A stretch of DNA of 64,000 bases from Eledone cirrhosa (GCA_964016885.1 OZ024742.1:261950001-262014000); one strand, 5' to 3'. Positions 27,071 through 43,431 are shown, counted from the first letter of the stretch. The notes: generated by a model from the letters alone, not told the origin. Program-made: numbers and translations.

Positions 27071-28951
27071 CTGGAGAAAAATGGAAGAATAGATGAAGAA
27101 ATGAATGTACACACACATATAAGTATTACTATCATCATTTTATGCCTATTTTTCAATACTGGATGGATTAATACAGGCCAAATTAATTCGAGCTACTGTC
27201 CTCCTAGACAGGTTGAAGATCCACATCTCAATATATTCCATTTTTGGCATGGTTTCTGTGGCTTGATACATTTACAATTTTCATTTTATTACAGCACCAG
27301 TACTAGAGATATTATCAAGTCCTGGACATGACTGAGGAGTCATCTTTATCTTATGTTCTTTCTGTTTAAATGCCAACCATTTTATGGAGTGTACAGAGTG
27401 TCTTTTATATTAGCACCATCACAAGACAGGTCACTTTCTTCTAAGGCAAACATACTGATGAGTGAAAATAGAAGGGCTGTGGTGGTTAAGGAGATACAAA
27501 GAGATGATTGAGTGTGGTGAGGGTGAAAGAGTGATTGGTTGGTCTGGAAGGGAATTGTGGAGGACAGAGTGAGTGGAGGCTACATGTTGGTTGTCGGTAG
27601 GAGGTTTGAATAAATAGGAGAAGCATAAAAAGGTGAGAGTGAGTGATTGGATATCAACAGGGATGGGTTGCTGTGAATGGTAGATGTTAACCATGAGCCA
27701 TATGGGATAGAGAGAATGATGGCCAGCAGTAGAATGTAACAGGAGAGAGAGAATTATGGTTAGCAGTGGTGGATGACAGTCAGGGGCCCCAAATGTGGAC
27801 AGAATATCACTGAGGTACGAGATAGGTAAAGAGAAGGCAGTGCTCAGGCAAGGCTGCAGTCTAATGCCCAAAATCAGTAAAACAATTTGTGTGTGTGTGT
27901 ATTGTATTAAAAACATGAATATGTTCTAGTTTCATTTTTTTCCTTATTATTTGAAAAATTATTTTCATACAAGTCTCTTGCAATAAAATTCCTAGATTCA
28001 TCATTAATATTTCTAAACTTTCACAGTTGCTTCTTCACAATATGTTGGCTTCTATACTGTTGTTTTCATAACAAATGAATGCAATTTGTGTAAACTTTAC
28101 TGCCAAAACTTTGACCATTAGAATTATATGTCCTCAAGCAAATGTTTATTTTGTTCAAGATGTATGTATGTTGTCAGTGTAAATATTTTAGCATTCTGTT
28201 GTGAGTAATGCTTCCATAATTAACCATCTATTTTGTGGGAGGATTCTATATAATATGGATACATTGTCAACAAATATTTTCCTATCTCAGTTATATAGTG
28301 CAGTGTGCTGCAATTGCATATTGCTGAGCCTAAGAGAGAGCCAATGTAGCAGACTACAACTTTCATTTGTACGATCAAATTACAAATCACACTAGTCACT
28401 TGTAGCTTGTTCACAGGTTTATATGCCTGTGGTTAATAAGGTGTCATTCATGAAGATAAAGTATAATGTGTGTTTCAGTAACAGTCTGAATATACACACT
28501 TGATGGAAACCAATGTTCTCATCATTATAATCATTTACTGTCTGTTAGGAATATAAGAAGTGTCAAAATAAAAAAAAATAAAATAAGCATGGCTGTGTGA
28601 GGAAGGAATTCACTTCGCAACCACAAGATTCTGTGTGGCACCTTGGGTGTGTGTCTTCTATTATAACCTCAGTAGACCAATGCCTCATGAGTGGAATTTG
28701 ATAGAAACTACAAAAGCCCATTGTATATATGTGTGTGTCCGTCCATGCTAATATCTATAGTAGTGTATGTGTTTATGCATAGTAACTTAGCAGTTCAACA
28801 TAAAGAGATTGATAAAATAAACTTGGAAAAATAAGTACTGCAGCCAGTATGGTCAACTAAATTAAGGCAGTGCCCCACCCTGATCTTAATCTAGTGACTG
28901 AAACCAGTAAAAGTATATAAAAATATAAATATATAATTATGGCTAAGTTAC

Positions 28952-28999
28952 CTGCATGAAATCAGCTAATGTTTGCTTCTTCTCATCACATTTCAATGT
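28952..28999 (-). CDS. SMG1: SMG1 small exon (48 nt): TLKCDEKKQTLADFMQ
   Basis: Long poly-T tract plus ccag acceptor, gtaact donor, phase 0/0; fills the expected gap (human-like ..EKKAFSSVMQ). Confidence 0.85.
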
Positions 29000-31285
29000 C
29001 TGGAAAAAAACGAAAAAAAAAAAAAAAAAACAGAAACAAGATAACTATTTTCATTAATTCAATCAGATCATATTTGCCAATATGACAAAATGAATTTTGA
29101 AATAAATAACTTGTTTTATGGTTGAAAGTTTGGTTCCTGGAGTGGCCTGTGTATTGTATACTTGAGCAAGACACTTTATTTCACTTAGCTCTAGTCTATT
29201 TAGCTGTTGCAATGACACTGGTGTCACGTTGTGTCAGCTTATGCTAATATTGGTGGCATAGAGAGAGAGAGAAAACTGGCATGTTTGGGTAACTGCTGGT
29301 CTTCAACAAAAACACCTTGCCTGTACTCGTACCATAGAGAGAAAGTTTCCAGGTGCAAACCAATGCTCAGTCATAACAAGGGTGCTCATGTTTTGGAACA
29401 TTACCTTGGGTGAACAAAATGAACACAATCTGACGCAGGATTAACCTTCATCTTGTTGCTTAGCCCAGTCTAGCCACGACTGAGCAGACCTTAGCAGCAG
29501 CATTCCAGATGCTAACAATCCGCAATGGTTATTCAGATATAGTTTGTATCCAATGCATCCTTCAGTTTTTAAGACGGTTCATAATGATTTGAGGTATATT
29601 TGGCAAGTATTTCCAGCAGGTTGAGCAACACATAGAGGCTCCATTTTATGTTACTGTTTGCTATGACTACTGTATAGATTGGTCAAAATTCAGTCCACAG
29701 TAGATGGTAAAAGTATTTAATTACATCTCTTTATACTCCGAGTTACAATTCCACAACAATAAACTTTGCTTTTATCTCTTTTGGCCATTATTAAGTGCAA
29801 AATAATCCTCATAGATAAACTGTGATGCATCATTGGTGATGTGACCTAGGGTCATTGAGTGTTTTGGGTCTTTCAACTTCATACATGTTTGCACAGGCAG
29901 CTCATCCAGGGTTTATCAGACCCCAACTTGCATCCCAGCAGGAACCAGCCCTTTTAAGCCAAAGTCATACAGTGGTTTTCTCTGTGTATTTGCTAACAGA
30001 ATGGCTCTTCTCTTTACTACTCTTGTACAACCCATCTCAAAAGACTCAGTGCGTCAGTTCAAATTCTACAGGAACTGACTTTGCTTCATCTTTTTAGCAA
30101 ATAATAAAATAAGCATGAGTAATATAGATATAAAAAAACATGAATTGGCAGTCATTAGAACATTGGTTGGAATGCTTTTTTGTATTCATCCTGATCCCGT
30201 GTTCAAGTTATGACAAAGTTTGCCTTTCATCTTTTTTAGGTCAATAGATAAAATACCAGTCCAGTACTGGGAAATATTCTTCCACTATATCTCTCACTTC
30301 CTATTTTCAGGTTTAAATGCTTAAGACATGACCTATATCACTATGACACGCCTACAACTTCATTAGGAGTTATGGGATCATGACGTGGCATAAATAATAA
30401 ACTTGAGGTGATTCAATTGAGAACAACAACATACACTTAAAATTGAGACCTCTTACTAATCTGAGGAATCAATAGCTTGCATGTTTTGGGTGGTGAGAGC
30501 ATAGAGTGAAAGCTAAGTCTATGGTTAAGATGTTGAATTCACAATTATAAGGTCATGAGTTTGATTATCTGTTCTTGAGCATCAACTTAATGCCGTTATA
30601 GTTATCTCCTTCTAGTGAAGCACCCTTACCATTGTAGCAGTTTACAATGATATTGTTGCACCGGTCATTGGCTATGACACTATCTTGTATGACTTAATTA
30701 TATGTCTGATTAGGTCATAACCTACTATGCCAGATATTTTTCACATCTCAGCAATTATACTTGTATATAATATGACTGAAGTATCGCCATGTCTATGTAA
30801 TTTTTTTTGGTAATCTTGTACCATATTATCCATCAAAATTTCTCCTGGCATTAAAGAATATAAAACAATTGTTTGTTTAGCAAATATTGTCAATATATCA
30901 AACACCATTTGTAAACAATTTGTTATCAATGCACATTTACAATCTTGCCATTTAAAATAAGTGTTTTTAAGCTCAATAAAAAATTTCTAAAAACGCATAC
31001 TTGTGTATAATACTTTCTTTTTACCCACCCTTAATTTTAGTTCAAAATTCCCCATATTAGAGACAAAAAAATATGGTAATATATTTAGTATGTCTTGTGT
31101 AAGGCCTTCATCCAAATTGTTATCTCCATAATGAGCGAGCTGAATAAAGCAATGCTGATTGTTTTGCAGCAATCATTAACGTTCATTATAATTTTGTTTT
31201 CTGTTGTTTTCACAGCAGAGTAGAAACATACTCCTCCAAAAACAAACTGGAAATGATCTCAAACAGCAAATGCATTGCTACTTAC

Positions 31286-31367
31286 CTCAAGTAATGCCAG
31301 AAGAAACAGCTGTCTGATGTCATCATCAGTGGCACTATTGGTCTGGGCAAACAACCATTGGAAATAT
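31286..31367 (-). CDS. SMG1: SMG1 exon (82 nt): YFQWLFAQTNSATDDDIRQLFLLALLE
   Basis: tttgtag acceptor, gtaagt donor; resembles SMG1 IFKWIFSKFSSSAKDEVKLLYL. Confidence 0.9.
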
Positions 31368-31509
31368 CTACAAACACATGTTGAATAACAGTTAACCATT
31401 TTATTACCATATTTTTAATGAGAAACACTATTTATTATTAATAGTAACTGTTTACTTCAAAGCTTAACTGATATTAGCTTCACAAAACAATTTTGAGATG
31501 TGTGTGTGT

Positions 31510-32503
31510 GCACAGACTGGCAACTGAAGCTGGCTGTGGACAAGTGTACCACCATGCATTTTGGAAGGAAAAATCCAGCGTCCACATACTCCCTCCACAA
31601 CACTGATATCAAAAAGTCCTCTTGTGAACGTGACCTGGGCATTACTGTCAGCAACGATTTGCGTTGGACAAAGCATGTCTCTAAGATTGTCAAGAAGGCC
31701 GAGGGTGTCTTGGCATCACTCAGCAAGACCTTTGTTAGCCGCTCTCCAGCCATCTATTTAAAACTGTATACAGCTATGGTACGACCACATTTGGAATTCG
31801 CATCATCAGTCTGGAACCCCTATCTTGCTTAGAACATTGACCTCCTGGAAACTGTTCAGAGACGTGCAACCAAGCGCATACCCTCCATCAGACACCTACC
31901 ATACTCTGAACGCCTTGCTTCCCTGGGCATGGATTCATTGAAGCTCCGACGTCTGGCAATGGACTTGGTGAATACCCACAAAGTTTTTAACCATCTCGCC
32001 AATTGCAACCCTGAGCGCCTCTTTGATCTCCATGTGTCTAACACACGTGGACATGCCTACAAGATCAGAAAACAGCACAGCTCCCATGACTTTCGTAGAC
32101 ATTTTTTCACGCTCAGAGTTGCTGAAGCTTGGAACAAACTGCCTGCGTCAATTGTTAGCTGCCGAGACACCGCATCCTTTAAGACTCATGCTTCCCGAAA
32201 TACGCCAAAACTACACCTGATGTACCCCTTCCATACACATGCACACATGTGTGTATCATGACTCGTGCACTGTTCATTTTACTGATGTTTGTGCATTGCC
32301 CTATGTACTGTACATGCACTTTTTTGATGAGTTGTGGTGCACCTGGGCACTGTACACAATATTTCATTATTGTTATTATTATTATATCATGACTTGTACA
32401 CTGTTCATTTTCCTGACATTTGTACATTATTCTATGTACTATACATGCACCTTTGATGAGTTGTAGTGCACCTGAGCACTGTACACAATAATTTCATTAT
32501 TAT
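31510..32503 (+). mobile_element. 5'-truncated CR1-clade LINE (RT C-terminus plus duplicated 3' UTR)
   Basis: WQLKLAVDKC..ERDLGITVSNDL..LYTAMVRPHLEFASSVWNPY..LETVQRRATK..NTRGH..WNKLP motifs, one premature stop; ends in an (ATT)n-like tail. Confidence 0.85.
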
Positions 32504-32699
32504 ATAACTGTGTATGTCTGGTTTAGAATAGATATATTGTATCTCTTATTGTAAGAAGCAACTAAAAAGATTAGTGTCATAGAGAGCATCCAACTGTAAA
32601 ACAATGCCTCAAAAAATCCCATTCAACCCATCCCAGCATGGAAAAGTTGATAAAAATGAGGATGATGATGACAACCAAGTTGTCAACATACAGAAGTTC

Positions 32700-35600
32700 C
32701 CATGGACAGCCAGCCATAAACTCCTGTTATAGCTTGGAAACATAATAAACATGGCTAAGGACTGGGCCCTGGTGAACACCTATCTGCATATTGAATTTCT
32801 GACTGAACTCATTATCTACTTTCACCTTTCACCAGATTAACGAAAGCTAGATATATTGTCTTACACTTTGCTAGGAACTTCTCTTGTAGGTGTCTCACTC
32901 AATAAGAGGATATTTGTGGTGCTCCTGGCACAAAACTAAATTGCAATTCATCTAATTTGACTATTTCTCTAATTAATTAATCTAAAATTCTTTTGGTTAC
33001 TTTCATAATTTGGTTCATCAGTTTTATGCCTGTACTTGCTCCATTCTAGCACATCACCTTTACCCTTCTAACAATGAATATATTGTTACACTAATCATTG
33101 GATACAACTCCTTTGTATATTACCTGTGGCTTGTGAAGGCTGTACAAGCCATGTATAGAGGAACAGTCAGCAAGGTTAGAATTAATAATGACTATAGTGA
33201 AGAATTCAGTGTGCAGGTAGGTATCCATCAGGGTTCTGTTCTTAGGCCTTTCCTGTTTATTATTGCACTAAAGGCTATAATAGAAGAGTTTAAGACTGGC
33301 TGCCCATGGAAACTTCTGTATGCTGATGATCTAACCCTCATAGTTGAATCTAGGGCAGAGTTAGAGAAAAAAATTCCAAACATGGAAGCATGGCCTAGAA
33401 TTAAAAGATCTTAAAGTTAACTTCTCAAAGACTAAGGTGCTAGTATGTAGAAAAGAAAACATTGTCCAGATTCCCTCTGGGAAATGGCCTTGCTCAGTGT
33501 GCAGGAAAGGAGTAAGTAGAAATTCCATGTCCCAAATGCAAGCTATGAGTACACAAAAGATGTAGTGGGATCACAGGCAGGCTATCAAAGAACATAGGTT
33601 TTATATGCGGCCAATGCACAGGTGCAGTAGGTAGCAACAGCCCACAAGATACTAGCTCCTTCAAATGGCTGGAAGGCTCTGTAAAAATAGCTGACAATTT
33701 CTATACCTAGGTGACCAAATTAGCAGTGGAGGAGAGTGTTCCAAAAGTACAGTAGTCAGAATGAGAACGGGATGGAGAAAGTTCAGGGAGCTATAACTGC
33801 TGTTGGCTATAAAAGGTTTTTCCCTCAAAATGAAGGCAGATTGTATGATGCATGTATACGAACCACAATGTTGCATGCTAGTGAGACCTAGGTGCTATCT
33901 GCAGAGGACCTGCGAAGATTGGAAAGAAATGAAGCCTGCATGCTTCAATAGATGTGTAATAGTAATATACAGGAACGGCAAAGCAAAAATGAACTGAGAG
34001 AGAAACTAGGCATAAGAGGGATCAGATTACATTGGTATGGACCTGTGATGCATATGAAGGATGATAGCTGTATAAAAATGTGCAGAGCACTCAAAGTTGA
34101 TGGAAGCTAAAGAGTAGGAAGACCCAGGAGGACTTGGGATGAGGTGATAAAAGCTAACCTTGCACAACTACACCTCCTAAAGGTGATGACACAGGACCGA
34201 AATCTCTGGTGTTACACAGTAATACAGAAGACTCACCTTCCCATCAGCACAGGCTGAAACATACATTTAGTATACACCAGCTTCGCCTCCATCCCCCTAT
34301 CGCTCTGCCCCTATACCTACCACCCCCCACCAAATTTCCCAGTCAATACTGAAAACTGGTTGTGTAGGTGTCACGACAAAAAGCACCCAGCCCACTCTGT
34401 AAAGTGGTCATGTACATATCACAACAAAAAGCACCCTATATACACTGTAAATGTGGTTGGCATTAGGAAGGGCATCCAGCCGTAGAAACGAAGCCAGAAA
34501 CAGTTCTGTATGAGCAAGACATGGTCACCTGACTTGACTTGCCTCAAATAGGACAACCTGTCTAACTTATGCTCAAACCCGTAGCCAGGTTTTCTGCCTA
34601 GCGTAAGTTATGCTAGTGAGGAAAATGGACGTTAAACAACGATGATTATGTGGGTGACTAATTTGACTCCTACTTCCCCAGATTTCAGCATTTCAGAGAC
34701 TATTTTTGGCAGACTGGCAGCTTTACCATTTTTCATCTCCTTAATTGCTACTTTGACCTTATAACTATCAATTTCGATAGTTCGTCCCTCTGTTCAGTCA
34801 GCTGGGGGTAGTCTCCCACTCATCAATCTCTCATAATAGCATTTCTAGACCTCTTTCTTTTGTGTGTATCAGTGTCATTTCGAACACTTTCACTCCCAAA
34901 ATATTCTGGTTATTTCTGACACATTGTTTTGCGATGCAGAATACCTCCCGTTTGATCTTCATGTCACAAGACATTGACAAACTGCATACTTTTAGTTTTT
35001 TTGCATGTTATGTATACTTGTCATCTAGCTTCTCTTTTAGCTACCTGGTACTGATCATTGCTACTCCTATTTTTCCAGTCCTTCTTCACCTGTCTCTTGG
35101 CTTTAACAGCTCTACCCACAGTGCTGTTCCATCACCAGGTCAAACACAGTTGAGCTGGTGCTTTTCTCCAGCCACAAGTCTTGTCAGTAATCAGTAATAG
35201 GTTGTCTCACAGAAACTTCCAATTGTCCTCTGCCATATGCATCTAACACCTCCCTCTTGTCATATGCATCACAGAGCTTTTCTGAACATGTATTTAAAAA
35301 AAAGAGTTCCTTTAGCTTCCATGCTCTCCTTCTCCAAATTTTCCTGCATTTTTGTTCCAGCTTGTGCTTATTCTGATGTCATTAATAACTAGCTTATGTT
35401 GTGTGATGCATTCAAAATCCTCTGCATATCCTGTTTTCTAACAAACAAAAAGTTAGTCTGGCTTATGTGTTCACCTGATTGGTAGGTGATCAAGACGCTG
35501 GCCGGTTTCCTACAGTTAATGTTCCAAATAGTTTATTCACATCACAGAATTCTAGGAACCTCACCCTATCTCCATATCTCCATATCTACACTGTGTACTC

Positions 35601-35700
35601 CAGTGTAGGCATCCTGGTGCTGCCTAACATGTCCACTGAAGTCACCGTCTCTGACTCAAGTTGTCTGTAAGAATCCTACACATTTTCTCATATTTTTTAT
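32700..35700 (-). mobile_element. Old RTE LINE remnant, split by a younger opposite-strand RTE insertion at 33127-34645
   Basis: Right piece reads KEMKNGKAA..SEMLKSGEVGVKLVTH; left piece continues QVI..IKLMNQIMKV..LDELQFSFVPG. Confidence 0.7.
33127..34645 (+). mobile_element. 5'-truncated RTE LINE with 3' UTR
   Basis: VKAVQAMYRG..VGIHQGSVL..LLYADDL..GKWPCSVC.. highly similar to 62640-64000; frameshifted; ends in gatgat. Confidence 0.88.
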
Positions 35701-36572
35701 TTATTTTATATATCCCAATAGGTGAGCATCAACTCTTAACATCCTGTACCATATGAAACCACATTAGTAAGAAATTCTTGAAAACTATAAAACAGCACAT
35801 CAATAATTAAAGTCTTTAGTTCACTGCAAATTTTCACAACGATCTGTCCACCAGTAAATATACTATCATTCTCATTTTACTTCTGCATTTCCATGCTTGC
35901 ATGGGTTAGACTTTAAAGATTTGAATTAACAAAGCTGCTTTTAGATATTTTCTGCTAAGTAATTATAGGGTGTTTGGAGTTTCTAACTGGCCAGTTATTG
36001 GTTCAATGCATTTCCAACAGTAACAATGACAATGTCCATGTAACTAGGGACAGAAAAATAACATTAAGGGCATGATTTGTAACATCAATGGTGTATTTTC
36101 CAGGTTCCTATGTTAGCCATATTTTGTAAGTGTGAAAGTGACTAGGCTGTTTGATTCACGATCATACGGTTGGTAAGTTATATTCTCGAAGCAAGCAGCA
36201 TGTAGTGCCCTTGTGCAAGACACTTTATTTCATGTTGCTCCAGTCCACTGAACTGAAAAAAAAAAGTGTTATACCTGTAATTCAAAGGGCCAGTCATATC
36301 ACACAGTGTTTCTCTGAATCTCCCAGGGAACTATGTGAAGGGCACATGTGTCTGTAGAGTGTTCTGTCAGTTGCTCAATAATTCCACAAGTAGGTTGTTC
36401 TGGTGATCATTTAAATGGAACACTTGTCATCAGAACTGACAGAACAAACAATTTGGAAGTTTCAAACCATTAAACCTCAATTAGATTTAAGAAGTTTGTT
36501 TGAAAGGAATATCTGAGTAAGTTAAACATGGAAACTCTTCTATTAGTTCAATAAGTTAATAATAGTACTTAC

Positions 36573-36650
36573 CCATCAGCATTTGGTCCCATTATACTGC
36601 CTACTGTTCCAATACAGAGAGCAACCTCATACTTTATTTCTTTATAGATT
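36573..36650 (-). CDS. SMG1: SMG1 exon (78 nt): IYKEIKYEVALCIGTVGSIMGPNAD
   Basis: cttgcag acceptor, gtaagt donor, phase 2/2; resembles SMG1 LRQEGACCLGLL. Confidence 0.88.
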
Positions 36651-37045
36651 CTGCAAGAAATATATGAATACTAAATGTTATTAACCCTTTCATTACCCTA
36701 TTCCTAATAAAAAAGAATCAAGAATTTGGAAAGATTAAGAAATATACCTAACATTATTAAACTGGTGTTTGGAACATAATATAAAGTTTTTACACAAAAT
36801 AATGATGGAAAATGTTCAGATAAATATAAACATTTCAAAACAATGAGTTTTGTATTGTAAAATCTGAGCCAAAATGATATTAAAAATTTAACCACATGAA
36901 CCACCACTAAGTATTCAGTTATTGTAATTCCAACTCCTTAACCTCACAACCCCACTTAGATTAACTTAATTGATAGCAGAAGTGAAAATGTAAAAATAAA
37001 AAAAATAAAAATTACCATGTAAAACAAAACCCCAGACATAATTAC

Positions 37046-37104
37046 CTTTCGTAAAAGAGATCTTGAAGTGTAGCAAGTAACTCTTCAGTTACTTTACCAG
37101 CAAC
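37046..37104 (-). CDS. SMG1: SMG1 exon (59 nt): VAGKVTEELLATLQDLFYE; most 5' exon visible
   Basis: ttttgcag acceptor, gtaatt donor; resembles SMG1 VLVKQLDNILAAVHDVLNE. Confidence 0.85.
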
Positions 37105-37334
37105 CTGCAAAAATGAAATTACAAGAGAGTGTAGTTTGCTTGAAACATTTTTGAAAATAAAAAGTGAGATAGGTTTTGGAAGCCATTGCAATTTAGATGG
37201 GGTGCAAATATTTAAGTAACACAGTCAGATAAGAGAGGCAAGAATGGGCAGAAGAGAGGGAGTAATACCAATGAAACAAAATCTTTTGTTTCTAATTTTC
37301 GTTTTCTTTTCTGACTTAGATTTACAACAATGGA

Positions 37335-37710
37335 GGCACATGGCTTAGTGGTTAGAGTATTGGCCTTGCACTCGAAAGATTGTGAATTCAATTCTCAGAC
37401 CGGGTGATGTGTTGTTTCCTTGAGCAAGACACTTTATTTCACATTGCTCCAGTTTACTCAGCTGTAGAAATGAGATGATAGGGACTGGGGTCCCTTTCAT
37501 TCCACTGCAAAGTGGTCGTGGAGGTGCACCCAGCCCACACTGTAAAGTGGATGTGTAGGTGCCACGGTAAAAAAAAAAGCACCCAGCACTCACTGTAAAT
37601 GAGGTTGGTGTTAGGAAGGGCATCCAGCTGTAGAAATCAAGCCAGAATCAGTTCCCGTCCCACCCTTGCAAACAGGGAAAAGCGGGCGTAAAATGATGAT
37701 GATGATGATG
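37335..37710 (+). mobile_element. tRNA-derived SINE, young family (longest copy)
   Basis: A/B boxes, central domain, RTE-type tail and (ATG)5. Confidence 0.85.
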
Positions 37711-38576
37711 TCTGTATTATAGCAGCTTCCTAAACATAAGCACTTTCCAATCAAAATGATGTAATAATTTCAAAATTTTTGTCCATTTGTCAAACATAAT
37801 TGTTACAGTCTGGCGAAAAAACATTATCAAATTTTTATTTAGAATTCATGTAACATTATTAATAGTCAGATTTTTTTTTAATGTAGGAGGAGGGTGCAAA
37901 CGTGGAAATAGTTCGTATTCATGCCAAAACCAACATTCTCTGCTAAGTGTTATCTCTTTCTGGTATGGAGTTAAGTATAAACAGTGTGCGTTGAACCAAA
38001 CATGAAAGTAACACTAAGAGGAGTCATACCATTGTCATAAGGCAACAACTAAAAGTAAGAGAAACAGTGAGATGAGTCACTACCAAGAACAACTAAGTCT
38101 TCACCTACTAACTCCTCACTTCTTCACCCAACCCATACTAGCATGGAAAGCTAGAATGAACATTGATTGACTCACCTTCCCAGATGAAACCTTGCACCTC
38201 CAACACTTTCCCAATCCAGAAAAGCCTGACACATCCCAAAATGACACAACACCCAGTCAACTACTTTGCCCCAAGCATTATATAAACGCCACTTTTTAGG
38301 CTACCAAGGAGAGCCACACACACCCCACAATATGTCAAACAGCACCCATTTGTTTCAAGGCCACCACTATGACGCCACTTCCCTCTAAATGTTTAATGCT
38401 TGTACTCCAGCTTTAACTCACACAAATAGACAACGTCATCAAAGAGCATGTACACTGAACACCCTAGTGTTGTATTGAAGTGGCACATTACAAAAGCACC
38501 CATTCCACCCTGTAAGATGGTAGTGCCGGAGTCACAATATAATGCTACCAGTACACTATAAAGTGGTTGGTATATA

Positions 38577-39150
38577 CCTATATATAAATATACATACATA
38601 TATATATATATACATACATATATATACTTATATATATATACATACATACATATATACATATATGTAGAAGTTCTATTTAAATTGTTGGGATACAACAAGC
38701 AAATATTTTTATAACTGATATAAAGCACTCAACAAATTATTGGAGTAAAAATACGATATATTAACAATTGGAAACTATATTTATAAAACCGTATTTATTT
38801 CATTATACATATTTCAAGGACACCAAGTTGTCCTTGAAATACATATATATACATACATATATATACTTATATATATATACACACATACATATATACACAC
38901 GTACATATATATACTTATATATATATATATATACACATACATATATATATATATATATATAAGTATATATATGTGTGTGTGTATATATATATATATATAC
39001 ACATACATATATATACATATATATATACACATATAAGTATATATATGTGTGTGTGTATATATATATATATATATACACATACATATATATACATATATAT
39101 ATACACATACATACATACATATATACACATACATACATACATATATACAC

Positions 39151-39229
<79 letters not shown>

Positions 39230-39234
39230 CATAC

Positions 39235-39265
<31 letters not shown>

Positions 39266-39272
39266 CACATAC
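38577..39272. repeat. (TA)n/(TACA)n compound microsatellite, interrupted by non-repeat sequence at ~38666-38840
   Basis: Direct inspection. Confidence 0.95.
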
Positions 39273-39274
39273 AC

Positions 39275-39401
39275 AAGCCAGATCAGTTCCTGTATGAGCA
39301 AGGCATGGTCAGCCGACCAGACACTGCCCACAACAGGACAACCCGTCTAACACATGCTAGCGTGGAAGAACGGACGTAAAACGGTGATGATGATGATGAT
39401 G
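39275..39401 (+). mobile_element. Short retroelement 3' end with (GAT)n tail inside the microsatellite
   Basis: Matches the reverse complement of the RTE-associated 3' end at 62315-62450 and the copy at 24037-24155. Confidence 0.75.
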
Positions 39402-41418
<2,017 letters not shown>

Positions 41419-41795
41419 CATCATCATCATCATCATCATCAACGTTTAACGTCCGTGTTCCACGCTTGCATGGGTTTGGACGGGGGTAGTCCCACTTGAG
41501 GCAAGAGTGATTGTCTTGCTCGCATAGGACTGTCTGGCAGGTTTTCTACAGTTGGATGCCCTTCCTAACACCAACCACATTTACAGTGTGGGTCTGGGAG
41601 GTTTTTACCGTGTTGCCTACACGGCCACATTACAGCGTGGACTGTGTGTTTTTTTGTCGTGACACCTACACGATCTCATTTGTTTCGGCCTGGATGGCGC
41701 GGCATCAACATAACTTTACATAGAACGGGGTGGTGTGGATGGGGTGGGGGTGGTGGCGGGACGGGGTGTAGTTTGTTAGAGATGCCTACTGGTAA
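41419..41795 (-). mobile_element. Non-autonomous retroelement/3' UTR-type repeat, near-identical to 11470-11945
   Basis: catcatcat aacgtttaacgtccgtgttcca... shared almost base for base. Confidence 0.75.
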
Positions 41796-41821
41796 GGCGG
41801 GTCTTCTCTGTTACTGAGTAC

Positions 41822-41844
41822 CACATATATATATATATACATAC

Positions 41845-41905
<61 letters not shown>

Positions 41906-42554
41906 CATACATACATATATACACATACATACATATATATATATATATACACACATACACACATATATATATTTATACACACATACACACACATATATAT
42001 TTATACACACATACACACACATATATATATATATACACACATACACACACATATATATATATATACACACATACACACACATATATATATATATACACAC
42101 ATACACACATATATATATATATATACACACATACACACATATATATATATATATACACACATACACACATATATATATATATATACACACATACACACAT
42201 ATATATATATATATACACACATACACATATATATATATATAAACATACATATATATATATATATACACATATATATATATATATACACATACATATATAT
42301 ATATATATAAACATACATATATATATATATATACACATACATATATATATATATACACATACATATATATATATATATACACATACATATATATATATAT
42401 ATACACATACATATATATATATATATACACATACATATATATATATATATACACATATATACACATATATATATACACATATATATATATATATATACAC
42501 ATACATATATATATATATATATATACACACATACATACATATATATATATACAC

Positions 42555-42586
<32 letters not shown>

Positions 42587-42754
42587 ACACACATACATAC
42601 ATATACATACATATATATATATACACACATACATACATATACATACATATATATATATATACACACATACATACACACATACATATATATATATATATAC
42701 ACACACATACATATATATATATATATACACACACATACATATATATATATATAT

Positions 42755-42787
<33 letters not shown>

Positions 42788-43266
42788 CATACATACATAC
42801 ATACATATATATATATACACACATACATACATATATATATATATATACACACATACATACATATATATATATATATACACACATACATACATATATATAT
42901 ATATATACACACATACATATATATATATATATACACACATACATACATATATATATATATACACACATACATACATATATATATATATATATACACACAT
43001 ACATACATATATATATATATATATACACACATACATACATATATATATATATATACACACATACATACATATATATATATATATATACACACATACATAC
43101 ATATATATATATATACACACACATACATACATATATATATATATACACACACATACATACATATATATATATATATATACACACATACATACATATATAT
43201 ATATATATACACACATACATACATATATATATATACACACATACATACATATATATATATATATAC

Positions 43267-43333
<67 letters not shown>

Positions 43334-43334
43334 C

Positions 43335-43365
<31 letters not shown>

Positions 43366-43366
43366 C

Positions 43367-43397
<31 letters not shown>

Positions 43398-43398
43398 C

Positions 43399-43431
<33 letters not shown>

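Noticed and set aside
38170-38290. Possible next upstream SMG1 exon (gtgag donor near 38175 on the minus strand)
   Set aside because: Translation (..GLGKCWRCKVSSGK) shows no SMG1 similarity and looks like decayed RTE sequence.
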